DNA of 63,834 nucleotides, the filler included, from Dicyema japonicum (taxonomy: Eukaryota > Animalia > Dicyemida), in assembly GCA_011109175.1 (NCBI GenBank). It is 6 parts of 6 records of this genome, joined end to end, with 100 filler letters (N's around TTAATTAATTAA, not from the genome) between each part and the next. Parts side by side here need not be neighbours in the genome. Positions count along the whole stretch, not along the records: positions 47,054 to 54,198 come from RDEW01000214.1; positions 54,299 to 62,692 come from RDEW01000076.1; 4 more parts are not named here. One strand, given 5' to 3'. Below are positions 48,285 to 60,350 of the stretch, piece by piece. Positions within the stretch are counted from its first letter, which is position 1. Each line of letters begins with the position of its first letter. Made by a program: the position numbers and the translations under genes. The notes below the pieces were generated by a model, which worked only from the letters and a program-made list of their open reading frames with translations, did not search any database and was not told the origin of the DNA.

Positions 48285-50800
48285 TTATTTATTTAGAACC
48301 CCGGGATCACCGAGAAAGAAAGACAGAGTATCGTCAGAGAGTTAGGTAATCCCAGTTCCCGCAATCAAGCGACCATCCAACGTCTTGGTCTCTTATTGTT
48401 CTCACTACCGTGCGAAAGAGCCTTCTTTCATTTCTGCAGAAGAATCCGATTGGGGAGGGGAACTTCCTAACCAATCGACCTTCTTTTACTTTGGAAAAGG
48501 ACAGGCTAAGTGGGTTTCCGTCCTCCTTACAGACCTGAAGGAATCCGGTTCCGCAACTAAGGGTCACAGCTTCCGTATGTAGTGGGTTAACCGTTGATCC
48601 AGAGTGAGGACCCATCATAGATATAGTTTTCTGGTACATTGAATTGATTATGTGGAGCGTAGTCTCTAATAACGCAAATATCTATGCAACAGACGCATAC
48701 TCCACAGCCGGGGAGATGGTTTGCCGGTAGAGTTTTCCAACAGAAGCGTCCAAATTTAAAGGAGTCTTCCGAACAAGCGCGCATATATCATTCAAATCTC
48801 AGTCCTTTAGTGAAGACTGTCTTCGCATGTGAGTTAAAGTTCAATTGCTTGTCGAACATTTGCCCAAAAATTTTAGGAGACCTTGTCACCGGTATCTGAA
48901 AAGGACCAATAATTTTAACTCCCTAAATAGGGCATCTATCACTTTAATAAGTTCATTATCGAGGGAAGAAATTTATTTGTCAAAAAAAAAATCCTAAACT
49001 CTAGAAGAGAAATACGATGATAAAAAATCAAACTAGTAAAAGAAATGAATTGTCTTAGACGTATCTAACAAGAGACGCTATAACAGGATCCGAGCACTGA
49101 ATGCAGAGAAATGTTTACAAAAAGGAAACTGAGTCGTATATCCACTATCATGAACAAAAATAGTTAATTTTTCCAAGATGTGGAAGATGTTATTAAAAAC
49201 GCTGAAAGTAAGAATGAGGGAAATCTTGATTACCAGATGGATCTAACAAATTCATGAAGTCACAAACCCTAAAATTATTCATCCAATCCTGAAGCNACGT
49301 CGTCCAGATAGAAATTGGCCAACCAAAACTTTCGGTTTAAACGAATGTTAGAATCAAAAATCTTCCCAATAAGAAGCTTTCTTGGGAATGTGTCGAAAGC
49401 CTTGTTTATGTCAATTGATACCTATATAGTTCGCATGTGTTGTGGAGTGTCATTAAATCCATCGGCTATGACTTGGAATAGTGTGGTTAAATGGGTGGTA
49501 AACCTTCCAGGACGAAACCATGTTGAAAAGCCGGAGCTTTTCAAGAAGTTTTGATAATGTGCTGGTTAGGTTGATTGGCATGTATGAAGCAAATTATCTT
49601 TCCGGTTTTCCAACCTTCCAAACTGGTTTGATAAGAGTTCTTCCAAATCTTGGGAATAATAGACAGTTTAAATACTTGCGTGGGGTAGCTAATTGCGTAT
49701 TTGACTAAGTGTTTTAGGTGAATTGAAATACTTTGTCAGGGGTGCAGGCCCGTGAGTTCTTTAATCCGGCAATTATCTCTGAGACCTGCTTGTCTGAAAA
49801 TAATTTTTGGTAAGGTTATTTTTTGGTTTACAAGCACTTACCTTGATATCCCATTGTTTAGAGAATTTCTTGAAGCTGATCGCAGCGTAATATTTCTTAA
49901 TTAGGTTAGGGTGTATATTACAATTGTGTTCTGGAGAAGGGTTACCGATTCCATTTGCATCTTCCAAATTTGATTTAATTTGTTTTAATGTTTTCCAAAA
50001 TTGATGAAATGAACTTTTCCCATTGAGGTGATTGACAAAGTGTCCCTATCTCTAATCCTGATGGTATTTTATGCTCTGGTTGATACTTTTATTTAGTTGT
50101 CTGATGGATTTCAACTCCGTCAGATGGCATCTTTGCATTTGCTTTCTTCGTTTAATAAGTGTAAGTGTCCGGGAATTGAGGGTATCAGCCTTTTGAATGG
50201 CCACACTGATGATTTTTGCGACTTCATCTATCGAACGTATATGGATGATATTCCTCTGATCAATTCCAGGTCAACGAAGCCAGTCGACCTTATAATAATT
50301 CTTGAAACTTAATTTCGGTCTCCGACATCCTCTTAACATAAGAGGGATGAAATTATGGTCGCTAGAAAAACATAATTCACATCCCATGTAGTAAGGTTAT
50401 ATCAGAAGTGCAGCTATCAGTGGTCCGTAAAGGGGATCTTGTGTATAATTTAGGGTCATTCAGGATATCATATCACAGAGGACTGTGAAGTAAGCCAAAC
50501 GGGGTATCCTGCATTTAGATCGCCGCATATTAGAACGTTCTTTAATCGACTCACGTCAATGAAAAGTACCGATCTTTATAATTGTGAGGAATCCTCTACT
50601 TGGTCTTCCTTGACGGTCCTTACGGATAACCATGTATCCCGGGAAGGAAGGTGTTATGGTGGAGGATGAGAGCAAGGTCAGCTCGATTTGCGGAGAGGAG
50701 AGCTCTAAGTTTCAGAATCTTCTTTCTAATTTCAATTGTATTCACAAGACACGTTAAGCACATTTTACTTATTCCTAGAATATTAATGACTTCAATATAT
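48285..50800 (-). mobile_element. I/Jockey-type LINE (APE and RT) with family B 3' end
   Basis: ICGD and LND/PDITL-like APE motifs at about 50.3-50.7 kb; YMPINLTSTLSKLLEK; PKILGQMFD; ends GIT* followed by the stem and a TAAA tail; RT core disrupted. Confidence 0.85.
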
Positions 50801-51071
50801 TTAATTTTTTTAATGATAATTTTAATATTTTTGTTTTTAAAAATTTGAATTTTAATCTTAGATGCTGGGTTATTGAAAAAGTATTTTTTAAAAACCGTAA
50901 GGGAAATGCGTTTTCAATTCTGATTGCAGCCAGCCTTGATTATAATAAACTTCAGTAGCTGTTAACTCCTCATTGTTATTCTAATTGTTTTGTATCTGTA
51001 CATTATTTGTTGCTGATGGTAGTCAATTAAATATTTAAGTAACATTGTAGTACTTAAACTACTTTAGTACA

Positions 51072-51958
51072 ATTTCTATGTAATTCTAAATTGAACAGAA
51101 GCATTACATTTGTGAGATTCTCGGATGCAACCTGCAGCGTTAGCGCAGGACGACGTCAACCAATCTGGAAAGGACTGAAAAATCCACTAACTCCTCATAC
51201 GTTATTTAATTATCGTATATGGTGGTTCTCACATTTACTTTGTTCTTATCTCAATCAGCTACGATTTATGTTAGAAGGATCTCCCTCCAATATCTAGGTG
51301 GTCAGGGCTATTTGAGAGCATATCGCTCGCTTTCATGAGTTTAAAAATCAAAAATATTAATGATTAAGTAAATTTAGTATTCAACAATCTGACTATGCTG
51401 CTTGACAAGTCAAAATCACGATTTCAGTCCATTTACTACTATTTTTACTGCTATGGCAATGTATNCGATTTCTATGTAAGTTTAAATTGAACAGAAGCAT
51501 TACATTTGCGAGATTCTCGGATGCAACGTGCAGCGTTAGCGCAGGACGACGTCAACCAATCTGGAAAGGACTGAAAGAGCCACTAACTTCTCATACGTTA
51601 TTTAATCATCGTATCTGGTGGTTCCGTGCAGCGTTAGCCCAGGACGACGTCAACCAATCTGGAAAGGACTGAAAAAGCCACTAACTTCTCATACGTTATT
51701 TAATCATCGTATCTGGTGGTTCACACATTTACTCTGTTCTTATATCAATCAGCTACGATTAATGTTAGAAAGATCTCCCTCCAATATCTTGGTGGTCAGG
51801 GCTATTTGAGAGCATATCGCTCGCTTTCATGAGTTTAAAAATCAAAAATATTAATGATTAATTAAATTTAGTATTCAACAATCTGTCTATGCTGCTTGAC
51901 AAGTCAAAATCACGATTTCAGTCCATTTACTACTATTTTTACTGCTATGGCAATGTAT
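51072..51958. repeat. Tandem duplication (~395 bp x2) with an extra ~91-101 bp internal copy
   Basis: TTTCTATGTAA..GGCAATGTAT repeated; GCAGCGTTAGC..ATCTGGTGG occurs three times. Confidence 0.9.
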
Positions 51959-52600
51959 GAGTAATTACATTCTGGTTAATCATGCTTACAGAATAGAGGA
52001 TATCCCCAAGACTGTGTTTATATTCCACGAACATTTTCTCGAGTGTTTTCAACGCTACTGTCTGAATATATGATTGNGTTTCTGATACTCCCATTTGCTG
52101 CCGAAAGGATCTCTTTTATTGTCTCGCCCAGGTGTCTCCTGGAGGAAGTCCGGGATCCAGGTTTCGGAGGAATTTCATAAATGATATTTGGCAGTTGTCT
52201 CTGATCGATGTAGAGTAACACAGTTGTTCCATTTTATAGTTTCTTCTTACATCTATGTTTGGCTCTCTTCTTATTATGTCAGTTAAAGTCCTCGTTGTGA
52301 ACTTGGCAGAGAGTATTTTGTGATAACTGTCGATAGCTGCACCTCCGTTAGACCTCGATTCACGAGTGAGTTTTCTTTGACTCGGCAGATGATGTAGTCA
52401 ATTTAGTTGAAAATGTTATGAATTATGGTTTTTCCAGCGACCATCTCCTACCCTTTTTTGTTAAAGAAGAATTCGACAACTCCGGATACGGCAGACTGAG
52501 GTCAGGAGATCAATAACTATATTATTATCGTAAGCAACTATCGTAGAAACATAAGGTTACGTCTTACTCTGATCAATTCACGATCTTCTATTTTCCTATG

Positions 52601-53128
52601 GGTGACCTAAATACAAAACACATAGTTTTTTTTAGTTTTTTTGACTAAATGTTTGGCTGTTGAATTGAATCGCCTGTTTGTCGGTTGTCTTCCCATTAAA
52701 ATATATAATTTTCTAGCTTCTTGAATAAATGAAGAGAACTGCTTTATAATGTTGTTTAGCGATGAGGCATCATGTAGTTTTGATAACATCTGCATTTCAA
52801 TATAGCAAATCTAGCCAGTCAGCAAGGTTATAATTTATCAAAGTAAGAGAACTGCTTTATAATGTTGTTTAGCGATGAGGCATCATGTAGTTTTGATAAC
52901 ATCTGCATTTCAATATAGCAAATCTAGCCAGTCAGCAAGGTTATAATTTATCAAAGTAGGGAGTGACTTTCGATAATTTGATCTTGTTTTTATTTGTAAA
53001 ATGATCAGATTATGATCAATCATAGTTTCGTATTTCACAATGGTTCCCAAGTCTTTGATTAGTATATCTCCCCGTTTGTTTGACGTCTGACCTCTCAGTC
53101 AGAACATGTGTTTTGTATTTAGGTCACC
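52601..53128. mobile_element. MITE-like element with 23-bp perfect TIRs
   Basis: GGTGACCTAAATACAAAACACAT / ATGTGTTTTGTATTTAGGTCACC; internal ~113-bp tandem duplication at about 52732-52958; no TSD found. Confidence 0.7.
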
Positions 53129-53214
53129 GCAAATAAGAACGTTCTTTAGTGAGCTGATCGACGAAAGTTTTTAACAAGTGGCTGAAGATGAAGAAAGTGG
53201 ATATGAATTTTTTA

Positions 53215-53460
53215 TTTTATTTATTTAATCCAAGACCACGGTAAAACCAAACTAATTATCACGTGATCCCGATGCATTCTAACAGAGACCTCATCTTTGC
53301 CCGGTGTTCTTCCTTCGTGCCCGCGCATGAACGTACAGGACGGCTGCCTGAATTTTCAGGGTCACCTTCCCGTAATCTGGAGTTTAGTCTCATAAGGGCC
53401 ACCAGAGGCGTAGATCCGGTTCGGTGATCTTCACAAATCCTCCGTTACTCTGTAAGCCCT
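53215..53460 (-). mobile_element. LINE 3' end (family A related)
   Basis: TTTA tail + GACCACGGTAAAACC..CACGTGATCCCGATGCA. Confidence 0.7.
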
Positions 53461-53506
53461 CTTTTGCATTTCCTCAGTTGTCCTCATATTTGTCCAATAT
53501 ATGGAC

Positions 53507-53822
53507 GGGTGGCATAGTGGTTAGGTGTCGGGCTAAAATGACTTAGGTTACGGGTTCGATTCTCGCTGCTGTTCATTTGGTGGAAAATTCCACGCATCTA
53601 CGATGCAGAAAGGGCTTGACGAGTGACGCCATCATCAGTGGATACTCACTGCGGAACTGGATTGTCTAGAAAGGACCTACACACAAGAAAAAGAAAAAAA
53701 GAAGTGAAGATCATTCCTTTGTTCTACGATTAGTTAAAATTAACTGTTCTAAACTTAAATTAAGTGTGTGTCCTGCCTATGCGGAACTATATATATTATG
53801 ACTCTCGTAAAAAGGCTGATAT
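53507..53822 (+). mobile_element. Full-length tRNA-derived SINE
   Basis: A box TGGCATAGTGG, B box GGTTCGATTC; same body as the copy at 34969; 9-bp TSD TATGGACGG (53500-53508 and 53823-53831). Confidence 0.88.
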
Positions 53823-53831
53823 TATGGACGG

Positions 53832-54170
53832 TTCCCACGAGGCGCATGCATATGAGAAACATGGCTCAATGTGCTGTTTGTACACGTTCATCAAGACTGG
53901 GTGAGTACCACTCTTCCATATTCCCGATAAACTTTTCAATATGTTCAGTTTCTCGCATTTCAATTTAATGTTTTTCACGTTTGGTGTCAAACAGAGATGC
54001 ATATCAATTGTCACACCCAAGATCCTTTCACATCTGTTGAAGGGGATGCCGACCTTATTTAATTTCAATCTTTTGTCAGAGGTAAATAGTGACGTAGACG
54101 ACTTCTCTGCATTCACCATGATCCGGTTTTCCATTATCCAGCCATTAAGCCTGTCAAGGTTAATTTGTAT
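53832..54170 (-). mobile_element. LINE RT C-terminal fragment
   Basis: ERILGVTID..LNILKSL..VYKQHIEPCFSYACASW. Confidence 0.8.
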
Positions 54171-54298
54171 TCTTACTGTGGCCTTCTGATTTCGTCCGNN
54201 NNNNNNNNNNNNNNNNNNNNNNNNNNNNNNNNNNNNNNNNNNTTAATTAATTAANNNNNNNNNNNNNNNNNNNNNNNNNNNNNNNNNNNNNNNNNNNN

Positions 54299-55990
54299 AG
54301 AACGAAATAATAAAGATTATGGAGAATTCAAGAAGTTGCCGAATATATATGAATCCTATTTAATTAATGATCTAACCTGTAACGTAGAGACCAACAAAGG
54401 TAGAGATTCCATTACTTACAATTACCATCGAATAAATCAACGTGAAATTAGTCATTCCAGAGTAATCCGAAACGATCAGTTGGAATGTATTCCCAATCAC
54501 ACCTAAAGTTTTATAGACGGGAAATAACCAGAAGATATTCCGAAAATAACGCAGACAACAATTAATGCCGTAAAATTACCTCCAATGAAAGAGAAAACCA
54601 AATACGCCACAGAGGACACAACCATCGATATGAACATCATTGGATAAAGTTAAACTTAATCAACAGAAGGACGGGAAACAAAGCCCGACCATACCCCAAT
54701 TCCTATATATTAACATTAAAATTCCAACCAATGAATGAGGCTGAATAAATGCCAATAACAGACTTGGCAAATAAAATAACGTATGCTAAAGGAATACTGC
54801 TCACTAAATAGAATATAAAGAAGATGAAATGAGTAAGAAAATATTTTTATTCGATATATCGGTTGTTTTTGTTACTGACTTTTATGGACAATTTTTTTCT
54901 TTTTGAATGATTTTGGAATTTTTGGTATTTTGAGAAAGCTAGGACATTGTCCAATATTTACTGATGCTCTCTTAGCAATAATATCAGGGGTACTCTCCAA
55001 AAAGATATCTATTCGATTAACGTGATTCAATAATACACATTCTAGCCATTCAGTCATTACTTCTTCTATTGTTTGGTCAGATTTATTCTTTTTGTGTAAT
55101 TTTACAAACAAATTCGTCCACATTTCATTGATGTCCATATTTTTATGAACATCACCTTCAAGCGGTTCCTTCAGGAGGAAGTGAATCTTTGTCTTATTCT
55201 TTGAACCATTTCTGATGAAAAACCAAAAAATATTTTTAGGCTTGGCATTTTTTTGTCTTCTCTGTTCCTTACTTTGATGGTCTTGGCAGTATTTTTTGAC
55301 CATTTCAGAGGCGTATTCTTTGACATAAGATTCGTCTTTGTGTGATAGTCTGGGGGACTAATAAAAAATCCCAATAATAAGATGATAGAAGTGAAAGATC
55401 CAAATGTGATACTCACATTGAATGTAAAATGTTAAGCTCATTTATTATGACTGGGATTACAAATGCACCGATTCCTCGTGCAACAGAAATAACAGCGATG
55501 GCAATAAAATAAACACTGAGTTGAGCACTGGAAGAGAAGGCCATCCCAAAGCCAACTTCTAATGTGAATTAAACGAATACCTGGAAATATCGATAGTGTC
55601 AGAAAATACAGTTAAAATATTCCGACGAAATATATTGAAATAAGCGAAATAGACAAAACAACCCCGAACTTATCAGCAAAACCTTTGGTGTGGTAAGTTT
55701 AAGAAAAATAGTTAAAGGTAAGGCTAAAGTAATCCAAATTGGTCTACCAATTATGTTCACAGCGAGAATAGTACAGCTGGAAGAATGAGTCTCTTTGGAT
55801 GGAAAATCTTTTTTGAGTATAATTATTATCCAATCAAGCATGTTAATCCTGAGTAGAAAAATGAAATAAGAGAGCAGACAACCACGATCAACCACCCGTG
55901 GCCTCTTTCTGGCGCCTTGACTGGGGACAACATTTTAATTAGGGTCTCCTCATCAAATCCATCTTCATCTCTGTCAATAGACTCCGACAT
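54299..55990 (-). CDS. SLC16/monocarboxylate-type MFS transporter
   Basis: MSESIDRDED..KAPERGHGWLIVV (compare the MCT motif PPDGGWGWVV); hydrophobic TM blocks either side of a charged loop; LIVVCVIFGISSG; frameshifted and intron-poor; 3' end at the gap. Confidence 0.7.
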
Positions 55991-57174
55991 AATAAAGTAA
56001 ATGAGCTGTCTTGTTTAATTTATATTTCCAAAGGTCGCATATTTTAAAAATATTTGCATATTTTAATGTAATTTACTTTCTTGATTGCTATTTGATCTTC
56101 ATGATGATATGGCTGTTAGTTTACCACTTCCATTCCCTTCTCGTTGGATCAATCGTTTGTATTCAGTAAACTGGATCAGTTCTTATGCTTGCAAAATTAT
56201 TTCCCAGTTCGCCAAGAGGTTAATCGATCAGATATTCGAGTGAAAAAAAAACTTCTGAAACCATGTAACCTGTAAATTCAAGGGACCACGTCTGTTAGTT
56301 CTTAAATAGAAGAGTTCGAAATTTTATTTTTTTATTTTTTTATTTAAAATGTGATTATTTAAATTGAATCGGCGATAGGAATCACGTGGACAGGTTCCCA
56401 AAATAGTTAATTACCACCTGGCTTAAACTTTGTTTGTCTATCTTGTCGTTTCAACAAATGTCAATTCTCTTCAAACACATCCCACTCGTGAGGCGACGAG
56501 TCTTTTTAAACCACAAAGTTGTTTTTCCAAGTCCACTGATGAAGATTTATATTATTAGAACTCTTCCATTGAGGAAAAAGCAAAGCAGTCTACAAAAATA
56601 TGTCTGATAGCTCTGAAAATCCAGAGTTGTGAGGAAATGCGCTCAATAAGCTGAGTCACCTCTGGTTATCCATTTTCCTTTACACGATTAGCGATCCAAT
56701 ATGGTTAATCGGGGTTAGTGATCTGATTTCAATGACCCCTCAATATTATAACGGTGAGTGGTTCAAGAATAACTGTCCACCGAAATTTTTGTGTTTTTTT
56801 CTTAGGAAGTCTTTTTTTAGGGTGATCCTGGATGAGTTGGCGTCAGTGAAAGATATGGGGAAGACCCATCCACACAAGTGGCGTTCCTGGCGAAGTATCT
56901 ACCGCTTTCCCACGGGAGGAAAGTTGTCCCGTAGGGTCTTTTGTTGGTTGAGGTCATCCTGAGAGGTTTCAACTAAACTGGGAATCCGCATTTTCTAATA
57001 AAACATGAACTCTGATTACCGTAGCCACAGTAGGCGACTGCTAATTTCCTGGATATTTACAATCCGTCAAATATAAACATGCTATTTTGTTATTAATTAA
57101 TTGGTGGATTTTTCATAACTGTATTAGTAGAAACAATCGTGACAACCACGATATAAAAACGCGGAATAAATATA

Positions 57175-57265
57175 ATAATAACACCAGAGACCACGGTTAC
57201 ACAAACTAACTAATCACGTGATCGCAGCACGCTTTAGCAAGGGTCCTCATCTTGCCTCGATAATA
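57175..57265 (-). mobile_element. Short LINE 3' end (family A related)
   Basis: CCAGAGACCACGGTTAC..CTAACTAATCACGTGATC. Confidence 0.6.
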
Positions 57266-57964
57266 ATGATAATAATCATCTTGGCTCGATGCTCCTCACA
57301 AGAAAAAATCTGATCATTGTATGTTAGATGAATTGGTGAAAAATTGAAATAATTTTTTAAATATCTTATAAAAATAAAATTATTCATGATACAACGCTAG
57401 TTTATGACTTTAAAGTATCAGATAATTGATCAAAGAAATTGATATTAATATTGTAACCCCACTATGTGAATAATGGATTTTATAAATTAAAATATACAGA
57501 TGTCATGCGGCTACTTGTACTCTTTTATCCCTCTAGTGGTGTCATTGGATCAATCTTATTCAGGAGACGCCCAATGCCTGGCCGGCATTCAAAGGATCTA
57601 TCAATTCATTCCACCGGGAGACAATTCCGCTCACTGACGACGAGTTGTGAATCGACCTCAGCTTCCTAGACAGCATCACTGTTCTGGAACGCGTCAGATC
57701 ACTGAATTAGTTTTTACCTTTGTCTTTAGAATTAATTTATAGAAATGGATTTTATGGATGTCATGGGTTCTGAGTGTAACCAGACGCACTGTTTTTTATG
57801 AAAAATAAGCATATTTGGATACAATTGTACAAAACATAAACCTGTCAAGAAGCCATTGATAATTTTTGATTTGCCTTCAAATACGCTTATAATTTAATTT
57901 GTGAAAATCTAGAATTGGAAATTAGAAGTGATTATGAATTTAGTAAGATTTTTATGGACACGAT

Positions 57965-58040
57965 TAGATAATGCTGTTTAATGGTAAAAATGTTATATCT
58001 CTTGAATTTTTGTGGGTTCGAACTCGCTACTTGGTCTCAT
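57965..58040 (+). other. Degenerate tRNA-like/SINE head
   Basis: TGTTTAATGGT..GGGTTCGAACTC box-like motifs; no intact cloverleaf. Confidence 0.25.
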
Positions 58041-58499
58041 ACTTTGTTCTGCTTTTTCATTCTTCCCAATTAGCGCAGTATCAATGATTCATCTAACCCA
58101 AAAAAATCATTGACAAGATTAGACCAAAAATATCATCTGCTCTTTTCCACTCATCTGTTATCCTTGAGGAATTTTGAGAGGGATTATCAATGCTGTTTTA
58201 GGATTCCTCGTTCATTTGATTATACGGAAAATTTTTTAATTATGTCAACTTCCTGGTTCCTCACACGAACCTACTGGTTCACGTTATGTTGGAATTCAAT
58301 AATAATTATTAAACAATTAATTTAAGATTAAACATCAGAAAATAAATTAACTATTGTAGGGGCTCTTATGTTATCCAACCTAACACATTCTCCTTCTCTT
58401 ATGGCCCAACTCGACCAATAAACAGACTCAAGTTTTTGTTCTCCCAATTTGTCCATTTTGTTCCTCTCCATGGTGGCATATTTGACTCGTTAGTCCTTC

Positions 58500-59000
58500 T
58501 CTAATTGTAACGTCCATCAATCATTCTTCAAGAGTAAATCCATATTTGTGTTCTACTCGCATTCTTTCAAGGTCTTCTTGATCACTCGAGATTGGATGTA
58601 CGCTCTTATAGGACTCTTTGCATTAAGCGAAGCATGGTGATGTTTATAAAACCTTGATACAAATCCATCCCAGGTAAGCACTATTGGCACAATGTTTAAC
58701 CTTAGCATTATGTTTAGTCCCAATTCGCCTGCAAGCAGGTCATATTTGTGCAATTTTTCTACTTCAACTTTTTTTAGTGCCTGCTGGGAAGTAATGCCAC
58801 TTTCAATAAGTGTATTCATGTTTTTCAGTTTATCGAGAAAAAAATAAATCAGGCTTGTTATGTTCAATATTTGTCTCGGTATTAATTGTGATGTCCACAT
58901 GAATTTCAACATTGTCATTGGCGATTATTGATTGCACAGAGTGTGTTTTTGAGCTTCTTCGAGTGTTTTATCCCATATAATAGATATAGATACAGATGAA
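58500..59000 (-). mobile_element. R4/Dong-type LINE RLE fragment
   Basis: TLIESGITSQ..EVEKLHKYDLLAGELG..VPIVLTWDG..AYIQ..KKTL. Confidence 0.8.
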
Positions 59001-59249
59001 TACATCTCACTACTTCGTTGTGTCGGCAAAGGATAGTCACTGTTCAGCATTCGACACACCTTGTAGCCGAATGATCAACACTTTTTTAGCAGTGCTACAG
59101 TGACCACAATTAGAGCCAATATGTCGGCATTCAAAAAAATCTATCTATTCATTCCTCCGGGTGACATTTCATTCCCTGGTGACGAGTTCTGAAATCGACC
59201 TAAGTTTTTCAGACGATATCCTTTGTATTACTTTTCTTTGAGACCGTTC

Positions 59250-60350
59250 TTTGAAAATGTATTTTTTTTAACAGAGAAAGTTGGTAGACTTTCTTTTATT
59301 GAGATCTCTTTTTACTAGAGACATTATAGGCCAAAAGGAGAATGTCTCGTTCTGCAGTCATTGTTCAAAAAACTTATTCTCCAACCTGGCTCCGACATTA
59401 CCAAAAAGAATGCTGTCATCTCATCAGATCGTTTTTCGTCGCTCCGCGAGACCGGTCTGCTCCGAAATGCAGTGGTTGAAAGTGCGTTTTTCAATATCAC
59501 GTTGAGACAAGGATGCCTTGGGAAACGGACAGCACTCAACCTGCACTATAGTGAATGGTAGTCATATTGGTCGATTAAACGTTCACAACGACATTTTGTT
59601 TCGCACAAACTTTAAAACAAGATATGGTGAGTAGGCTATTTTCACTGACTCATCATCTTACAAGTTTCCAATTTCTGCACAAAGGTAGACGTTCAGCCAA
59701 GCACCTTCTGAATGAAAGCTAGCCATGACCAATGTTCTCAAGGTGCTCTTTCTTTTTTTCTAAAAACACGTCTCCAAAACGTTTTGTGATTAGCGCTGGA
59801 TTCCGAAACATTAAGATGGTCCGGAGAAGGGTCGATGAACGTATCCATTAAATTCTCGAGGAGCTATAAGTGGACAAATATGTATTAAATGCAGTATCTG
59901 AAGGAACGGTATTTCACAAGTGGGAAAATTCCAGCATCAGAGATCGGAACTCAACAAGAATGTATTAATGCATTTAAACAAAGTGGGAAAATTGCCTAAA
60001 GTCATCAATAGTCATCCAAATATACAATTTATATCACATCAAGAATTGGCTTATTTTCATCAAGTAGAGATGGGGGATCATCATCCCAACAAGGGGGACA
60101 TCGGAAGATGAATAGCATTTTGGGACGTAGTAGACAGTTTTTGAATATGAATAGTCCAACATACTTCTCCATAAAGATCAGTTTGTTAGCAAACTCACCC
60201 AGAAGCGTCTTTTTGTCACTTAACGATTCCCTTATTCGACTTTTCCATCCAAGGAAATCAAGAGATCAGAAGTCCGTAGTTCGAACAATCGGGACAATAT
60301 CTCTCATTTGTTTTCTGGAGAAGGAAAATGATTCCGCATTCATATTCATG
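59250..60350 (-). mobile_element. Degenerate CRE-type LINE
   Basis: HSEGAWLNV, CETKCRCERLIDQYDYHSL and EQTGLAERRKRSDEMT (degenerate EP.GL..DGKRPDG.T). Confidence 0.7.
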
